Positions 28,208 to 38,102 of a stretch of 64,000 nucleotides of DNA are shown here, one piece after another (position 1 is the first letter of the stretch; the number at the start of each line of letters is the position of its first letter). Both the position numbers and the translations under genes were made by a program. The stretch comes from a virus. A model generated the notes under the pieces. It was not told the DNA's origin. It made no database searches and was given only the letters and a program-made list of their open reading frames with translations. Where the stretch lies: positions 6,040-70,039 of the IMG/VR virus record IMGVR_UViG_3300033146_001127; one strand, given 5' to 3'.

Positions 28208-28894
28208 TTATACTCTTACTAAACTACCATCTGATTTGATCCATAAAGCATAAAAACTAATGATAGGTAATTTTTCAGTTGTAACGTCAATATCATATTT
28301 TTCAATTACCTTCATTTCAATTTCTTCTGGCAATTCATTTTCTATACTTTTCAATGCTTTAAGATTAGGTAAATGATCATCAATTAATCTAACTCTTCTG
28401 TATTCACCAGTTTCAATATATTTCATCATTATTTTTTTCTTATTACCATCAATAGTTCCACTCTTCATATTACCAGCACGTTCAATATAAACATTAGGAC
28501 TATCAATTTTTATACCATTTTCACGGAATGTATCAAGAAAAACTTGTTTGTTATCAAAATCAGCTCGTGCTGTTAAGAATATAATTTTACTATTACTATC
28601 CATCTTTTCGATCTGTTTAATCATTTTTTTTATACGATCAACAGAACTTTTTATTGGTATGGATGTATTCTTAAATAATTCTGCATTTCTAAATTGTTGA
28701 TAATCATATTCTTCACCATCTTTAAGTTGATAACTATTATATTCTTGGTTATCTAATTCCCTTACAACTTTACCATTCTTTTTTACGAGAACTTTGGCAA
28801 ATGTTCTAAACATGGTTTCATCAATATCAACAAAAGTTATACCAGCCCCATAATGATTACGGGTCATCTCATTTATATAATCATTAAATTTCAT
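28208..28894 (-). CDS. HAD-superfamily phosphatase, putative internal head protein
   Basis: FVDIDET (motif I), FLTAR, K, IDDHLPNL; N-terminal MKFNDYINE. Confidence 0.8.
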   Translation of the reverse strand: MKFNDYINEMTRNHYGAGITFVDIDETMFRTFAKVLVKKNGKVVRELDNQEYNSYQLKDGEEYDYQQFRNAELFKNTSIPIKSSVDRIKKMIKQIEKMDSNSKIIFLTARADFDNKQVFLDTFRENGIKIDSPNVYIERAGNMKSGTIDGNKKKIMMKYIETGEYRRVRLIDDHLPNLKALKSIENELPEEIEMKVIEKYDIDVTTEKLPIISFYALWIKSDGSLVRV

Positions 28895-28904
28895 TTTTTA
28901 TTCC

Positions 28905-29369
28905 TTATGTTGGTGGTGAATCATCATATGGTTCAACTACTCTCATACCTGCCGTATAAGTTTTTGATGCTGTTGTCCATGCAACGTCTGGATTTCGTTT
29001 TGTAACTCTATATGCCTTACCATCCTCAACTGATACACTGGAACTAACTGTAACTGTATATACACCAGTAATATTATCATATGTAACATCCGTTACTGTA
29101 ACTTCAGTTCCGTCTATGTCTAATATCCAAGCGTCAGTATTAACATCACTTCTAGTGTCAAAGTTAATATCTTTGGAAATAAATGTGTTACCTGTATTTG
29201 TTTCGTCAGCTCTTGCATATAATACTGAATTTCTATATTCAGTTTTTTCAATTGGAATAGAACCAGCATTTCTTAACGGTGAACCATTGTTAATAGTAAC
29301 ACCTTCTGGAACGATGAATGGTTCAGTATAACCCGTCCATGAATATCCATTCTTTCCTAAATCAGCCAT
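28905..29369 (-). CDS. putative virion protein
   Basis: Thr/Val-rich beta protein under a late promoter; GGAGG RBS. Confidence 0.55.
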   Translation of the reverse strand: MADLGKNGYSWTGYTEPFIVPEGVTINNGSPLRNAGSIPIEKTEYRNSVLYARADETNTGNTFISKDINFDTRSDVNTDAWILDIDGTEVTVTDVTYDNITGVYTVTVSSSVSVEDGKAYRVTKRNPDVAWTTASKTYTAGMRVVEPYDDSPPT

Positions 29370-29401
29370 TTATAAAATTCCTCCATTTTAATGTATAACA
29401 G

Positions 29402-29420
29402 TATTTATATTTTATAAATA
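29402..29420. promoter_or_regulatory. divergent T4-type late promoters (TATAAATA on both strands)
   Basis: Minus 29402-29409 and plus 29413-29420, at the strand switch. Other intergenic copies at 11265, 12507, 19296, 20565, 23693, 27518, 33165, 37139, 51254 (the 8-mer also arises by chance in AT-rich DNA). Confidence 0.7.
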
Positions 29421-29449
29421 GTATATGAATATACTAAAAGGAGATTTAT

Positions 29450-29959
29450 ATGAAATTCCAATCTTTTGTTGTCAATGAAAATATGATGGAGAAATCTTTA
29501 TCATTTATCAAAAGATTATCATTCAATAAAGTTAAGAGTTTTTTGAAGGGTGAGTTTGATAAGTTTGTTGAAATGATTAAAACAACAGGAAGAGAAGAAG
29601 AAGCTCTTTCTATAATGAATAAGTTTTTTGGTACAAGATATCGTAGTTTTGAAGAAATACAAAAACAAAAAATCCATGAGTCTGACGAAATGGTAAATGA
29701 AGATTTGGCTCATTGGTGGGATGTTGTTAAATCTGAAGCATTTCCAACATTAGCATTTTATCCCGCATTAACAGTTTGGTTGGAGATTGATAAGTTATTT
29801 AATGATAAAGATATGGATATGAAGAAGACTATTGTATATGCCTCTTTATGGATGTTATTGGTTAGTGGTAAATATGTCAATGGATGGATGAAATGGAAAA
29901 AACAAAATCCAGATGAATATACAGATGAAAGAAAACAAGGTAAAGGTGGTGTTATATAA
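29450..29959 (+). CDS. putative internal head/ejected protein with hydrophobic segments
   Basis: MKFQSFVVNE N-terminus; internal IHE/VNE protease-like sites. Confidence 0.6.
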   Translation: MKFQSFVVNENMMEKSLSFIKRLSFNKVKSFLKGEFDKFVEMIKTTGREEEALSIMNKFFGTRYRSFEEIQKQKIHESDEMVNEDLAHWWDVVKSEAFPTLAFYPALTVWLEIDKLFNDKDMDMKKTIVYASLWMLLVSGKYVNGWMKWKKQNPDEYTDERKQGKGGVI

Positions 29960-29960
29960 A

Positions 29961-30143
29961 ATGGATTTATTAGAAAAAATAGAACTGATGTTAGGTGAAG
30001 GTCTTTCCAAGGAGGAGAAAAAGAAAGCAAGAAAAGAAGAAAAGGGTGAGAAGGAAGATTATGAAGATGTTGGTCATGAACAAAAAGAATCACCTGAATA
30101 TGAAGAAGCAGAACATGACACTAAAAATGATGAGGAAGAATAA
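29961..30143 (+). CDS. small charged protein, putative prohead core/internal protein
   Basis: MDLLEKIELMLGE then a K/E-rich tail. Confidence 0.6.
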   Translation: MDLLEKIELMLGEGLSKEEKKKARKEEKGEKEDYEDVGHEQKESPEYEEAEHDTKNDEEE

Positions 30144-30156
30144 AAGGAGATAAACA

Positions 30157-30333
30157 ATGGATTTATTAGAAAAGATTGATATGATGATTAATAGTATAAA
30201 TGAAGATGATACTGCTTACCAAAAATTCTTTAAGGAAAAATTGGAAAAGTATGGTGTTAGTAGTCCAAGTGAGTTAGATGATAAAAAGAAAAAGGAATTT
30301 TTTGCTGAAGTTAAAAAAGATTGGAAAGGATAA
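30157..30333 (+). CDS. small protein (58 aa), putative internal head protein
   Basis: MDLLEKIDMMINSINEDDTAYQKFF...; AGGAG RBS. Confidence 0.65.
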   Translation: MDLLEKIDMMINSINEDDTAYQKFFKEKLEKYGVSSPSELDDKKKKEFFAEVKKDWKG

Positions 30334-30348
30334 TTCTATTATCATTTA

Positions 30349-30825
30349 ATGAACAAAAGAAAAATCAAACAACATATAACGAGGAATTGTACCCCTTATA
30401 TTCCTGTACATAAAGAGAAATATAAGGGGTCTTATCCAATAATTTGTAGATCAACATGGGAAACTGAGTTTTGTAAGTGGGCTGATATGTCCAGTGGTAT
30501 AATACAATGGTCAAGTGAAGATGTGGGTATAAAATATCAAGATCCGAATATGCCAATCAAGGATGGTAAACCAAAGTTTAGAACTTATTATCCTGATTTT
30601 CTGATACAAACAAACAAAGGTGAGATATTTCTAATTGAAGTAAAACCATATAAAGAAACAATTCAACCTACCCGTTCCTCACGAAAAAGTAATAAAACTA
30701 TAGTAACAGAAACAAAGACTTGGAGAACCAATCAAGCTAAATGGCGTGCAGCAAAAGCATATTGTGCAAGAAAAGGTTGGAAATTTAAAATAATAACAGA
30801 AAAGGAATTATTTAGGAAGAAATAA
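30349..30825 (+). CDS. gp4: head completion nuclease, T4 gp4-like (TnsA-type)
   Basis: KYKG...RSTWE...WSSE...YYPDF...IEVKP...NQAKWRAA...ITEKEL. Confidence 0.9.
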   Translation: MNKRKIKQHITRNCTPYIPVHKEKYKGSYPIICRSTWETEFCKWADMSSGIIQWSSEDVGIKYQDPNMPIKDGKPKFRTYYPDFLIQTNKGEIFLIEVKPYKETIQPTRSSRKSNKTIVTETKTWRTNQAKWRAAKAYCARKGWKFKIITEKELFRKK

Positions 30826-31325
30826 TGGCTATTAGAATACAATATACAAAACGATTTGGTGGTGTTCATTGGAAATCGGGTCATTTTTACAAGTTCAAAT
30901 ATCAGGCGTGGGAGAATGATCCTGAACCTGTCATATTATTGATGTATTCTTTTTCTGGTATACATCCAAATACAGGACATGAATGGAGATTTATACAAGG
31001 TATTAATTTTACTTATATACCAAGAACTCATAGGAAGGCATTTGTCAGAAGATGGATGACAGAATGGGAACATAATAATGGAAACTTTCAAGTTACATGG
31101 AATAGATTATCTGTTGAATATCCTATGGTAAAAAATGCAGTGAGAAGATATTTTTATAAACCTTCATATTATATAACAAAACCAATGGAAATAGCAATGG
31201 AAGATATTGATGATATTGTAATTGGTACTTGGTCAAAAGATTTTAGTAAAAAAGTCAGAACAAATTTAGTTCAAAAAATGAAACGAGTAAAACAAAATAT
31301 TTCACGAGGATTAAGAAAACGATGA
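30825..31325 (+). CDS. gp2: DNA end protector, T4 gp2-like
   Basis: GHFYKFKY...DPEP...GINFTYIP...VRRY; adjacent to gp4. Confidence 0.6.
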   Translation: MAIRIQYTKRFGGVHWKSGHFYKFKYQAWENDPEPVILLMYSFSGIHPNTGHEWRFIQGINFTYIPRTHRKAFVRRWMTEWEHNNGNFQVTWNRLSVEYPMVKNAVRRYFYKPSYYITKPMEIAMEDIDDIVIGTWSKDFSKKVRTNLVQKMKRVKQNISRGLRKR

Positions 31326-31555
31326 AATATATTAAATTGGACATTTCTTTCAGTGATAAATTGAAGTTATTATTTTTTGGACTAATATCCGAAGATATTT
31401 TACCAACAAAAGAAGTTATTGTTGAAAAGAAAATACACACACAAGTTAACACAGAGAGTAACAAAAATATAAATATAGATATAGTAGAAGAAGATGAAAA
31501 ATTAACAATACCATTTTTTGAGATGGATAATGATGATATAAAAAGTAATTTTTAA
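31322..31555 (+). CDS. hypothetical protein
   Basis: 77 aa, acidic C-terminus, upstream of the actin-like gene. Confidence 0.55.
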   Translation: MKYIKLDISFSDKLKLLFFGLISEDILPTKEVIVEKKIHTQVNTESNKNINIDIVEEDEKLTIPFFEMDNDDIKSNF

Positions 31556-31565
31556 GGTAATCAAT

Positions 31566-32684
31566 ATGTATGATTTGGATAATATGATGTTCCAAAATAA
31601 GGAGATGACAGAGATGACAGAAAATAGTGTTAAAACTGTGACAAAAAAGAAGACAACAAAAAAGAAAGTAGGTAAACCTGGGATTGGATTGGATGTTGGT
31701 ACTGGTTTTCTTGTTGGTGCTGGATATGATGGGTCTAATAAAGAATCATTTGCACCACTAAGAGATGCCTTTTTTACAATAGATAAGGAAACATTCAATC
31801 GTTCTATGTTTGATAAAGGTAGTATGAAATATATAGAGGTTGGTAACGATATTCATGTTATCGGTGAAGATGCTTTAACATTAGCAAAAATTAAAAATAC
31901 TTCTGCAAAAAGACCATTAAATAGAGGTGTTATTAATCCACAAGAACGTAATGCTGCTCCAATATTAAGAGAGATGTTTAGATATTGTATTCAGCCTTAT
32001 ATAAAAAAGGAAGGGGAAAAGATGGTATTCTCTATTCCTGGTGCAAAGGTAGGAGATGAATCATTTGATGTTGATTATCATTCAATGTCTATACAATCAT
32101 TAGGGAAATCATTTGGTGTTGATGCAATTCCAATTAATGAAGCATATGCTGTTATTTTATCTGAGATGGAAAAATCAGAAGATGTTACAGGATTAGGTTT
32201 TTCATTTGGTGCTGGTCTTGTAAATGTATGTTTTGTTTATAAGTCAATGTTATTGTTTGAATTTTCAATAGACAAATCAGGTGATTTTATTGATACAGAA
32301 TCAGCAAAAGCATGTGGTGTTTCTACTGCTGTAATTAATCATATCAAAGAAAAAGAATTAATATTAACTGCTGATGAGTTTAGTGTATCACCTGAAATTA
32401 GAGCATTAATTTTTACTTATAAACATGTAATAAAAAATACAATAAGAGAAGTTATAAAAGCATTTACTAATACAAGTGATGTTAATGTAATAGAACCAAT
32501 ACCAATTGTTGTATCAGGTGGAACAAGTATACCAAAAGGATTTATTGAATTATTTGAGGAAGAGATTAAAGGTTCTGATATGCCTTTTGAGGTGACAGAA
32601 ATTATTCCTGCAAAAAATAGATTAGCTGCTGTTGCCAAAGGTTGTCTGTTATGGGCAAACCATTTAGAAAATATTAAAAATTAA
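31566..32684 (+). CDS. actin/MreB/MamK-like ATPase
   Basis: Phosphate-1 GLDVGTG, connect INEAYA, phosphate-2 SFGAGLVN, adenosine VVSGGTS, AVAKG. Confidence 0.85.
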   Translation: MYDLDNMMFQNKEMTEMTENSVKTVTKKKTTKKKVGKPGIGLDVGTGFLVGAGYDGSNKESFAPLRDAFFTIDKETFNRSMFDKGSMKYIEVGNDIHVIGEDALTLAKIKNTSAKRPLNRGVINPQERNAAPILREMFRYCIQPYIKKEGEKMVFSIPGAKVGDESFDVDYHSMSIQSLGKSFGVDAIPINEAYAVILSEMEKSEDVTGLGFSFGAGLVNVCFVYKSMLLFEFSIDKSGDFIDTESAKACGVSTAVINHIKEKELILTADEFSVSPEIRALIFTYKHVIKNTIREVIKAFTNTSDVNVIEPIPIVVSGGTSIPKGFIELFEEEIKGSDMPFEVTEIIPAKNRLAAVAKGCLLWANHLENIKN

Positions 32685-32756
32685 AGTTGACATATTAAAA
32701 CTGATGTAGTATCATATGTGTAAAAATATTACATACAAAATGTGGAGGTATATAGG

Positions 32757-33110
32757 ATGAAATTAAGTTTAGGTGATATTAGAATAATGAAGGACCCAAT
32801 GATTAAGTTGTTGGATCAGGAACTACCAATTAAAGTGGCTTGGAGTTTAACTAAATTAGTTAAAGTTTTTGATAAAGAACTATCCGAAATTGAAGACTTT
32901 AGAGTTTCACTTATCAAGAAAATGGGTGAGAGTGATGAAAATGGTTCTATTAAAGTTCCAGAAGAAAAGATGAATGAGTTTATTGAAAAGTTCAATGAAT
33001 TACTTCAAACTGAAATTGAAGTAGAGTTTGAACCAATTGATATTGATAAACTTGGTGATATTAAAATTGATACACAATCACTTATTGCACTAGATAAAAT
33101 ATTGGTATAA
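32757..33110 (+). CDS. hypothetical phage protein
   Basis: MKLSLGDI...LPIKVAWSL; own TTGACA promoter at about 32687. Confidence 0.7.
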   Translation: MKLSLGDIRIMKDPMIKLLDQELPIKVAWSLTKLVKVFDKELSEIEDFRVSLIKKMGESDENGSIKVPEEKMNEFIEKFNELLQTEIEVEFEPIDIDKLGDIKIDTQSLIALDKILV

Positions 33111-33135
33111 TTTTAATAAAAATATAATTATTATT

Positions 33136-33165
33136 AAAGGGATGTATTTTTACATCCCTTTTTTT
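33136..33165 (+). terminator. intrinsic terminator
   Basis: AAAGGGATGTA-TTTT-TACATCCCTTTTTTT. Confidence 0.8.
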
Positions 33166-33291
33166 ATAAATAATAAAGAATATGTAAATTCTAATTATTG
33201 ACTGATTAAGTTCAGGTTAACATAATATACCTTTCTGTTGTGTTAATACAGGTTAGAATATGAAAGGAATAAAATTATACGGAGAAAGGAA

Positions 33292-34096
33292 ATGAAGTTT
33301 CATGGAATTGATGTACAAGGTTATATTAAAATATTAAAGTAAAAGAATATGATCACACACCAACATATAATTCTTCTACTGATGAAAGAAGACTTATATA
33401 TGTAAATGATAGTGTAACTGGTGAAGATCATTTATTACTTGGTGGTGGACAAGCTGGATCATGGGTAAGTATTATTACTGATCAATATGAAGGTAATATT
33501 TCAGGTTATTATACAAAAAATGAATGTGATGGACGATATTTAACTTCAACTGATGTTAATGTAAGAAATTTTGATAATTATAATAGAGGTATAATTTACG
33601 ATGAAACTAGTACATTCATCCCTGTTGGGGCAACAACAGCAACTGAATCAGATGATGGTACTGGTGCTTATGATCCTAGTGGTAATGAAAATGTAGTTAA
33701 ACGTGATGATCAAGGTAGTATATATGCAAATTATGGTTATCTAACAGCATATCAAGCTCAATATGCTGACTTGGCTGAGAAATATACATGTATTGATTTA
33801 CCTGTTGGTACTGTTGTTGGTGTTGGTGTTACTGAGAATGAAGTTGAACCATACAATCAAGGCATGAAAGGTGTTGTTGGTTAATGAATGGGAATTCAGA
33901 AGGGTTGCCAATAGCATTAACTGGAAAAGTTAAAGTTAGAATTATTGGTGATATTCAAAAAGGAGATTGTATTGTACCAAGTGATATTTTAGGTTGTGCT
34001 GAAAAGGGTGAATTTTATGATGAAATGAAGTTTGGTTATGCCCTTGAAAGTAAGACTGAAGAATCAGATAATTTAATAATGTGTATTATAAAATAA
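33292..34096 (+). pseudogene. fibre-like protein with C-terminal peptidase-G2-type intramolecular chaperone, broken by two frameshifts (real or assembly error)
   Basis: MKFHGIDVQGYIK; tandem duplication ATATTAAA at 33323-33338; open frame with YADLAEKY; second break at about 33882 before MNGNSEGLPIALTGKV. Confidence 0.7.
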
Positions 34097-34117
34097 AAGT
34101 CAATATTGGAGAAAGAC

Positions 34118-35686
34118 ATGGCTAAAAGAAAATTGTTTGGGGTTTCTGATTTATTCGGTGGTAATAGAATTGATGAACAAATAGAAGCATTCAAACCCAA
34201 AAAACAAAGAGAAGCTACAAAAATAGCTCGTTCTGGTGAAGGTTTTGAAGATATTGATTTTATTCTTAATGGTCAATATAACGCTTTAGGTTTTAATAGT
34301 TTTTATCGTACCTATATAAATCAAACATTCCAAAATGAACTTGAAAGATTAAAATTTTATAGAGATATGGCACAATATCCTGAGATTGCTGATGTTCTTG
34401 AAGATGCTGCAATGGAATCGACACAAGAAGATTATGAGGGTGGTATTGTAAAATTAAATATAATAGATGAGGAATTAAATAGCAACAAAAATGTCGCAAA
34501 AAATCTCCAAAAGGAATTTAATGATTTATTTTACAAGAGAATAAAAATTAAATATCATATGTGGGATTTAATGTATCATTATTTCGTTGATGGTAAGGTC
34601 TATTTTGAACATGTTGTAAATAAAAACAGACCGAAAGACGGTATATTGGATATTAAAAGATTGCCAGCAGAAACAATGGATTTTGAATTTGATCCTATTA
34701 CTGGAAAAATTACAGCATTTTATCAGTATTTGTCTTTAAGACCAAAACAAAAACCACCAACAATAGAAGATGCTATTAAAGATGAAAGTATAATTGTATT
34801 TTATCCAGATCAGGTTTCATTAGTTCATTATGGTTATCAGGGTGCAACTAAACGAGAGTTTCTTGGTTATCTTGAAAAAGTTAAACAACCATACAACAAC
34901 TTAAAATTACTTGAAACATCTGTTGTTATTTACAGAATGATCCGTTCACCTGAAAGGTTTGTGTTCCGTATTGATACTGGTAGTATGCCTAAAGATAAGG
35001 CAATGAAATATGTTGAAAAAATTAAACAGAAGTTTACTAAAAAACAAACATATGATTCATCTACTGGTAATTTAACCAACCAACCAGAAGTATTTTCTAT
35101 CCTTGAAAACTTCTTTTTACCACAATCTGCTGATGGTAGAGGTTCACAGGTAGATTCTATTGGTGGTAATCCCTCTGGTTTTGCTGAATTGGATGATTTG
35201 TATTATTTCCAAAGAAAAATGTATAAAGCACTTAAATATCCAATGTCTAGGGTTTCTTCATTACAAGATAGATCAGAAGGAGATATTCTTTTTGGTACTG
35301 GTCAAATGGGTGAAATTACACGAGATGAAATTAAGTGGGCAAAGTTTTTAGAGAGACAACAAACAAGATTCTGTTGGGAATTATTGAATATGTTTTTAAT
35401 TCATCTTAGATTAAAAGGTCTTGTGAAACAATACAACATTGATGAAGATAAGTTAAGGATTACAATGACTTCACCTAATCAATATAGAGATCACATGAAA
35501 CAAGGATTATTAGAGACAAGTTTTAATAATTATAATCAATTATCAAGTAATGAAGAATTTTCTAAATACTACTTGATGAAACATTATTTGAAGATGACAG
35601 AAGATCAAATAGAAGCAAATAAACAAGGTTTTGAAAAAGATAAAGAAATGTTACCCAATGATGATGATAACGGGTATGGATTCTAA
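34118..35686 (+). CDS. gp20: portal protein, T4 gp20-like
   Basis: YRDMAQYPEI, YFVDGK, LKLLETSVVIYRMIRSPERFVFRIDTG, ENFFLP, ITRDEIKWAKF. Confidence 0.96.
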   Translation: MAKRKLFGVSDLFGGNRIDEQIEAFKPKKQREATKIARSGEGFEDIDFILNGQYNALGFNSFYRTYINQTFQNELERLKFYRDMAQYPEIADVLEDAAMESTQEDYEGGIVKLNIIDEELNSNKNVAKNLQKEFNDLFYKRIKIKYHMWDLMYHYFVDGKVYFEHVVNKNRPKDGILDIKRLPAETMDFEFDPITGKITAFYQYLSLRPKQKPPTIEDAIKDESIIVFYPDQVSLVHYGYQGATKREFLGYLEKVKQPYNNLKLLETSVVIYRMIRSPERFVFRIDTGSMPKDKAMKYVEKIKQKFTKKQTYDSSTGNLTNQPEVFSILENFFLPQSADGRGSQVDSIGGNPSGFAELDDLYYFQRKMYKALKYPMSRVSSLQDRSEGDILFGTGQMGEITRDEIKWAKFLERQQTRFCWELLNMFLIHLRLKGLVKQYNIDEDKLRITMTSPNQYRDHMKQGLLETSFNNYNQLSSNEEFSKYYLMKHYLKMTEDQIEANKQGFEKDKEMLPNDDDNGYGF

Positions 35687-35703
35687 TTAAATGGAGAGGA
35701 ATT

Positions 35704-36258
35704 ATGAATATCGAAAAAATTTATACAAAATATTTGAATGAGAGTTTTTCCAGTTTTGCAAAAAAATATGAGAACGAACTCGATCCAACTAAAGATTTGT
35801 TGATGGTAAGTGGATTAGGATTAACTAGAAAATGGGGAAAAAATAAATTATATGAATATTTAGATAGTCAAATGAGGAATTTTAATTTGGCTGGCTATGA
35901 AATTCCAGATGGTATGGATGGGTTAGTTGAGATGAAGTTTGATGAAGTTAAAAATCAATTTGATGTTGATAAATTAAATAGAGCAATTTATAAATATGAA
36001 GAATTGAGAAAACCTAATTCATTAAACAAATTAGAAGATGTTCAATTCAAAAAGTATAATAAATGGTCTAATAAATTAGTTAAGGATATATTAAGTGATT
36101 TTGAGAATATATTAGAAAAATATAAAGTTAATGTATCCAAAGTTGATATGTATAAAAATAATGTATCTGATAAAAAGATGCATTCAGTTTTTGATGAATT
36201 AATGTCAAAAGTGATGGGGAAAAAATTTAAATCAAGAAAATCAAGTTGGCGATATTAA
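35704..36258 (+). CDS. hypothetical protein, putative internal head protein
   Basis: N-terminal ...KYLNE; lies inside the head module. Confidence 0.6.
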   Translation: MNIEKIYTKYLNESFSSFAKKYENELDPTKDLLMVSGLGLTRKWGKNKLYEYLDSQMRNFNLAGYEIPDGMDGLVEMKFDEVKNQFDVDKLNRAIYKYEELRKPNSLNKLEDVQFKKYNKWSNKLVKDILSDFENILEKYKVNVSKVDMYKNNVSDKKMHSVFDELMSKVMGKKFKSRKSSWRY

Positions 36259-36292
36259 AAAAATAATTAAATTGTGAAGGGAGATATGTGAA

Positions 36293-36511
36293 ATGACAAT
36301 TGATAATAAAGAAATTAAAAAAGCCTTAGATAGTTTTGAGGAAGATGATTTTATTAAATCGAAAGATATTATTAAGGCACAAGTAAAAGGTGCTATTAGT
36401 GATTATTTCAAAGATAGATTAGAATTACAAAATGATTTGGAATCTTCACCTGTACCAGAAAAAACAGAACCACCAAGTGATGCAGATACAAAAGTAGAAG
36501 ATCCAGAATAA
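36293..36511 (+). CDS. small acidic prohead core protein (gp67-like position)
   Basis: 72 aa, acidic, between portal and protease. Confidence 0.55.
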   Translation: MTIDNKEIKKALDSFEEDDFIKSKDIIKAQVKGAISDYFKDRLELQNDLESSPVPEKTEPPSDADTKVEDPE

Positions 36512-36525
36512 TAGGAGATTGAATT

Positions 36526-37143
36526 ATGAAAAAAGGTTTTCTTATCACGGAATATTCCCATGAATTAGAAATCAATGAATCAATTGATGATAAAAGTTTA
36601 TATGTAACGGGAATATTTTCTTCATTCAATAAACGAAACCATAATGGTCGTGTTTATGAAGAAAAGACAATGAAACGTGAAGTTGACAAAATAATGGAGA
36701 AAATTGAGAAAAAATGTTTATGGGGTGAATTGGGCCATCCGCCAAATCCAGAAATTAATCCTGATAAGATTGCCATTATGGTTGAAACATTAGAGTGGAA
36801 TGGTGAGGATTTATATGGAAAGGCAAAAATATTAAATACACCACAAGGTCAAATTGCTAAGACATTAATTAAAGAAGGACAAATTGGTATATCATCAAGA
36901 GGTCTTGGTACTGTTTCTGAAAATGGTACTGTTAATGAGGATTATAATTTGATTACTTGGGATTTGGTTACAGATCCTTCTAATGGACCTAGTTGGGTTA
37001 ATGGAATATATGAAGGTAAAACTTGGGGTCTTGGTGTAGAACAAATGGAAGAAGTTGAAGATAAACTCACCGAAAAAGAGGCTCAAGAGTTATATTTCAA
37101 ATATATTCTTGAAAACATTAAGAAAATCGAAAAGAACTTATAA
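36526..37143 (+). CDS. gp21: prohead protease, T4 gp21-like
   Basis: NHNGRVY, GELGHP, ILNTPQG, GISSRGLG, DLVTDPS. Confidence 0.95.
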   Translation: MKKGFLITEYSHELEINESIDDKSLYVTGIFSSFNKRNHNGRVYEEKTMKREVDKIMEKIEKKCLWGELGHPPNPEINPDKIAIMVETLEWNGEDLYGKAKILNTPQGQIAKTLIKEGQIGISSRGLGTVSENGTVNEDYNLITWDLVTDPSNGPSWVNGIYEGKTWGLGVEQMEEVEDKLTEKEAQELYFKYILENIKKIEKNL

Positions 37144-37177
37144 ATATAGTGATTGTATAAAACACTGGTACTATTAA

Positions 37178-37214
37178 GAAATCGTTAAGTCTATTAAAAT
37201 GACTTAACGATTTC
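37178..37214. repeat. 14-bp perfect inverted repeat in the scaffold gene leader
   Basis: GAAATCGTTAAGTC-9 nt-GACTTAACGATTTC downstream of TATAAATA at 37139. Confidence 0.8.
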
Positions 37215-37278
37215 CTAAATATATGTAGTGATTAGAGGTTTCGTGCCTTTACTATAATAAAAAATGGGAGGAAGTAGA

Positions 37279-38079
37279 ATGAATATTGAAAAAATTCTTG
37301 AAATGTTGGGCGTTGAAAAATTAGACGAATCCAAACAGTCAGAAATTCAAGATACTCTTGCTACTATTATTGAAGCAAAGGCAAAAGAAATTGCTACAAC
37401 AAAAGTAGAAGAAAGTCTTGTTGAGGAAAAGGAAAAACTTGTTGAGGAATATGAAACAAAGTTTGAGGACTATAAAGAAGACATTACTTCTAAGTTTTCT
37501 AATTTCGTAGATAGTATTCTCGAAGAAGAAATGGTTATTCCTGAGAAAATCGTTCGTTATGCTAGATTAGGTGAACTTTATGAAGATCTTATTGATCAGT
37601 TTAAGGTTCGTTTGGCAATTGATGAAGGTCTTTTGAATGATGAAATTAAAGGTATGTTGAAAGAAGCTAAAGAAGAAATTGAAGATCTTCGTGAAGACGT
37701 TAATGAACTTACTGGTACTAAACTTCAATTAGAACAAGACGCCAAGCAGATGGCTACTCACATTTATCTTCGTAAGAAATGTGATGGTTTAACCGAAAGT
37801 CAAAAAACTGTTGTTATGAACATTCTTGAGAATTCAACACAAGAAGAAATTGATAACAAGTTTGATGTTATTGTTGAATCTATTATCACTAACGATAGTG
37901 ACCCTGTTAATGAAGAAAAAACAGAAGAAACTACTGTTAATGAAGAAAAAGTAGATGAAAAGGTAGAGGAAAAAGAATCCACTACTGTTGTTAATGAAGA
38001 AACAAAAGAAGAAATGAATGAATCTAATTCAATGATGGACTATTGGAAAAAAATGATTCGTGAAAACAAATTTAGTTAA
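37279..38079 (+). CDS. gp22: prohead scaffold, T4 gp22-like
   Basis: Acidic coiled coil, GLTESQK motif, repeated VNEE protease sites; between gp21 and gp23. Confidence 0.88.
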   Translation: MNIEKILEMLGVEKLDESKQSEIQDTLATIIEAKAKEIATTKVEESLVEEKEKLVEEYETKFEDYKEDITSKFSNFVDSILEEEMVIPEKIVRYARLGELYEDLIDQFKVRLAIDEGLLNDEIKGMLKEAKEEIEDLREDVNELTGTKLQLEQDAKQMATHIYLRKKCDGLTESQKTVVMNILENSTQEEIDNKFDVIVESIITNDSDPVNEEKTEETTVNEEKVDEKVEEKESTTVVNEETKEEMNESNSMMDYWKKMIRENKFS

Positions 38080-38102
38080 TTATTTCATAGGAGGAATTAA
38101 TA

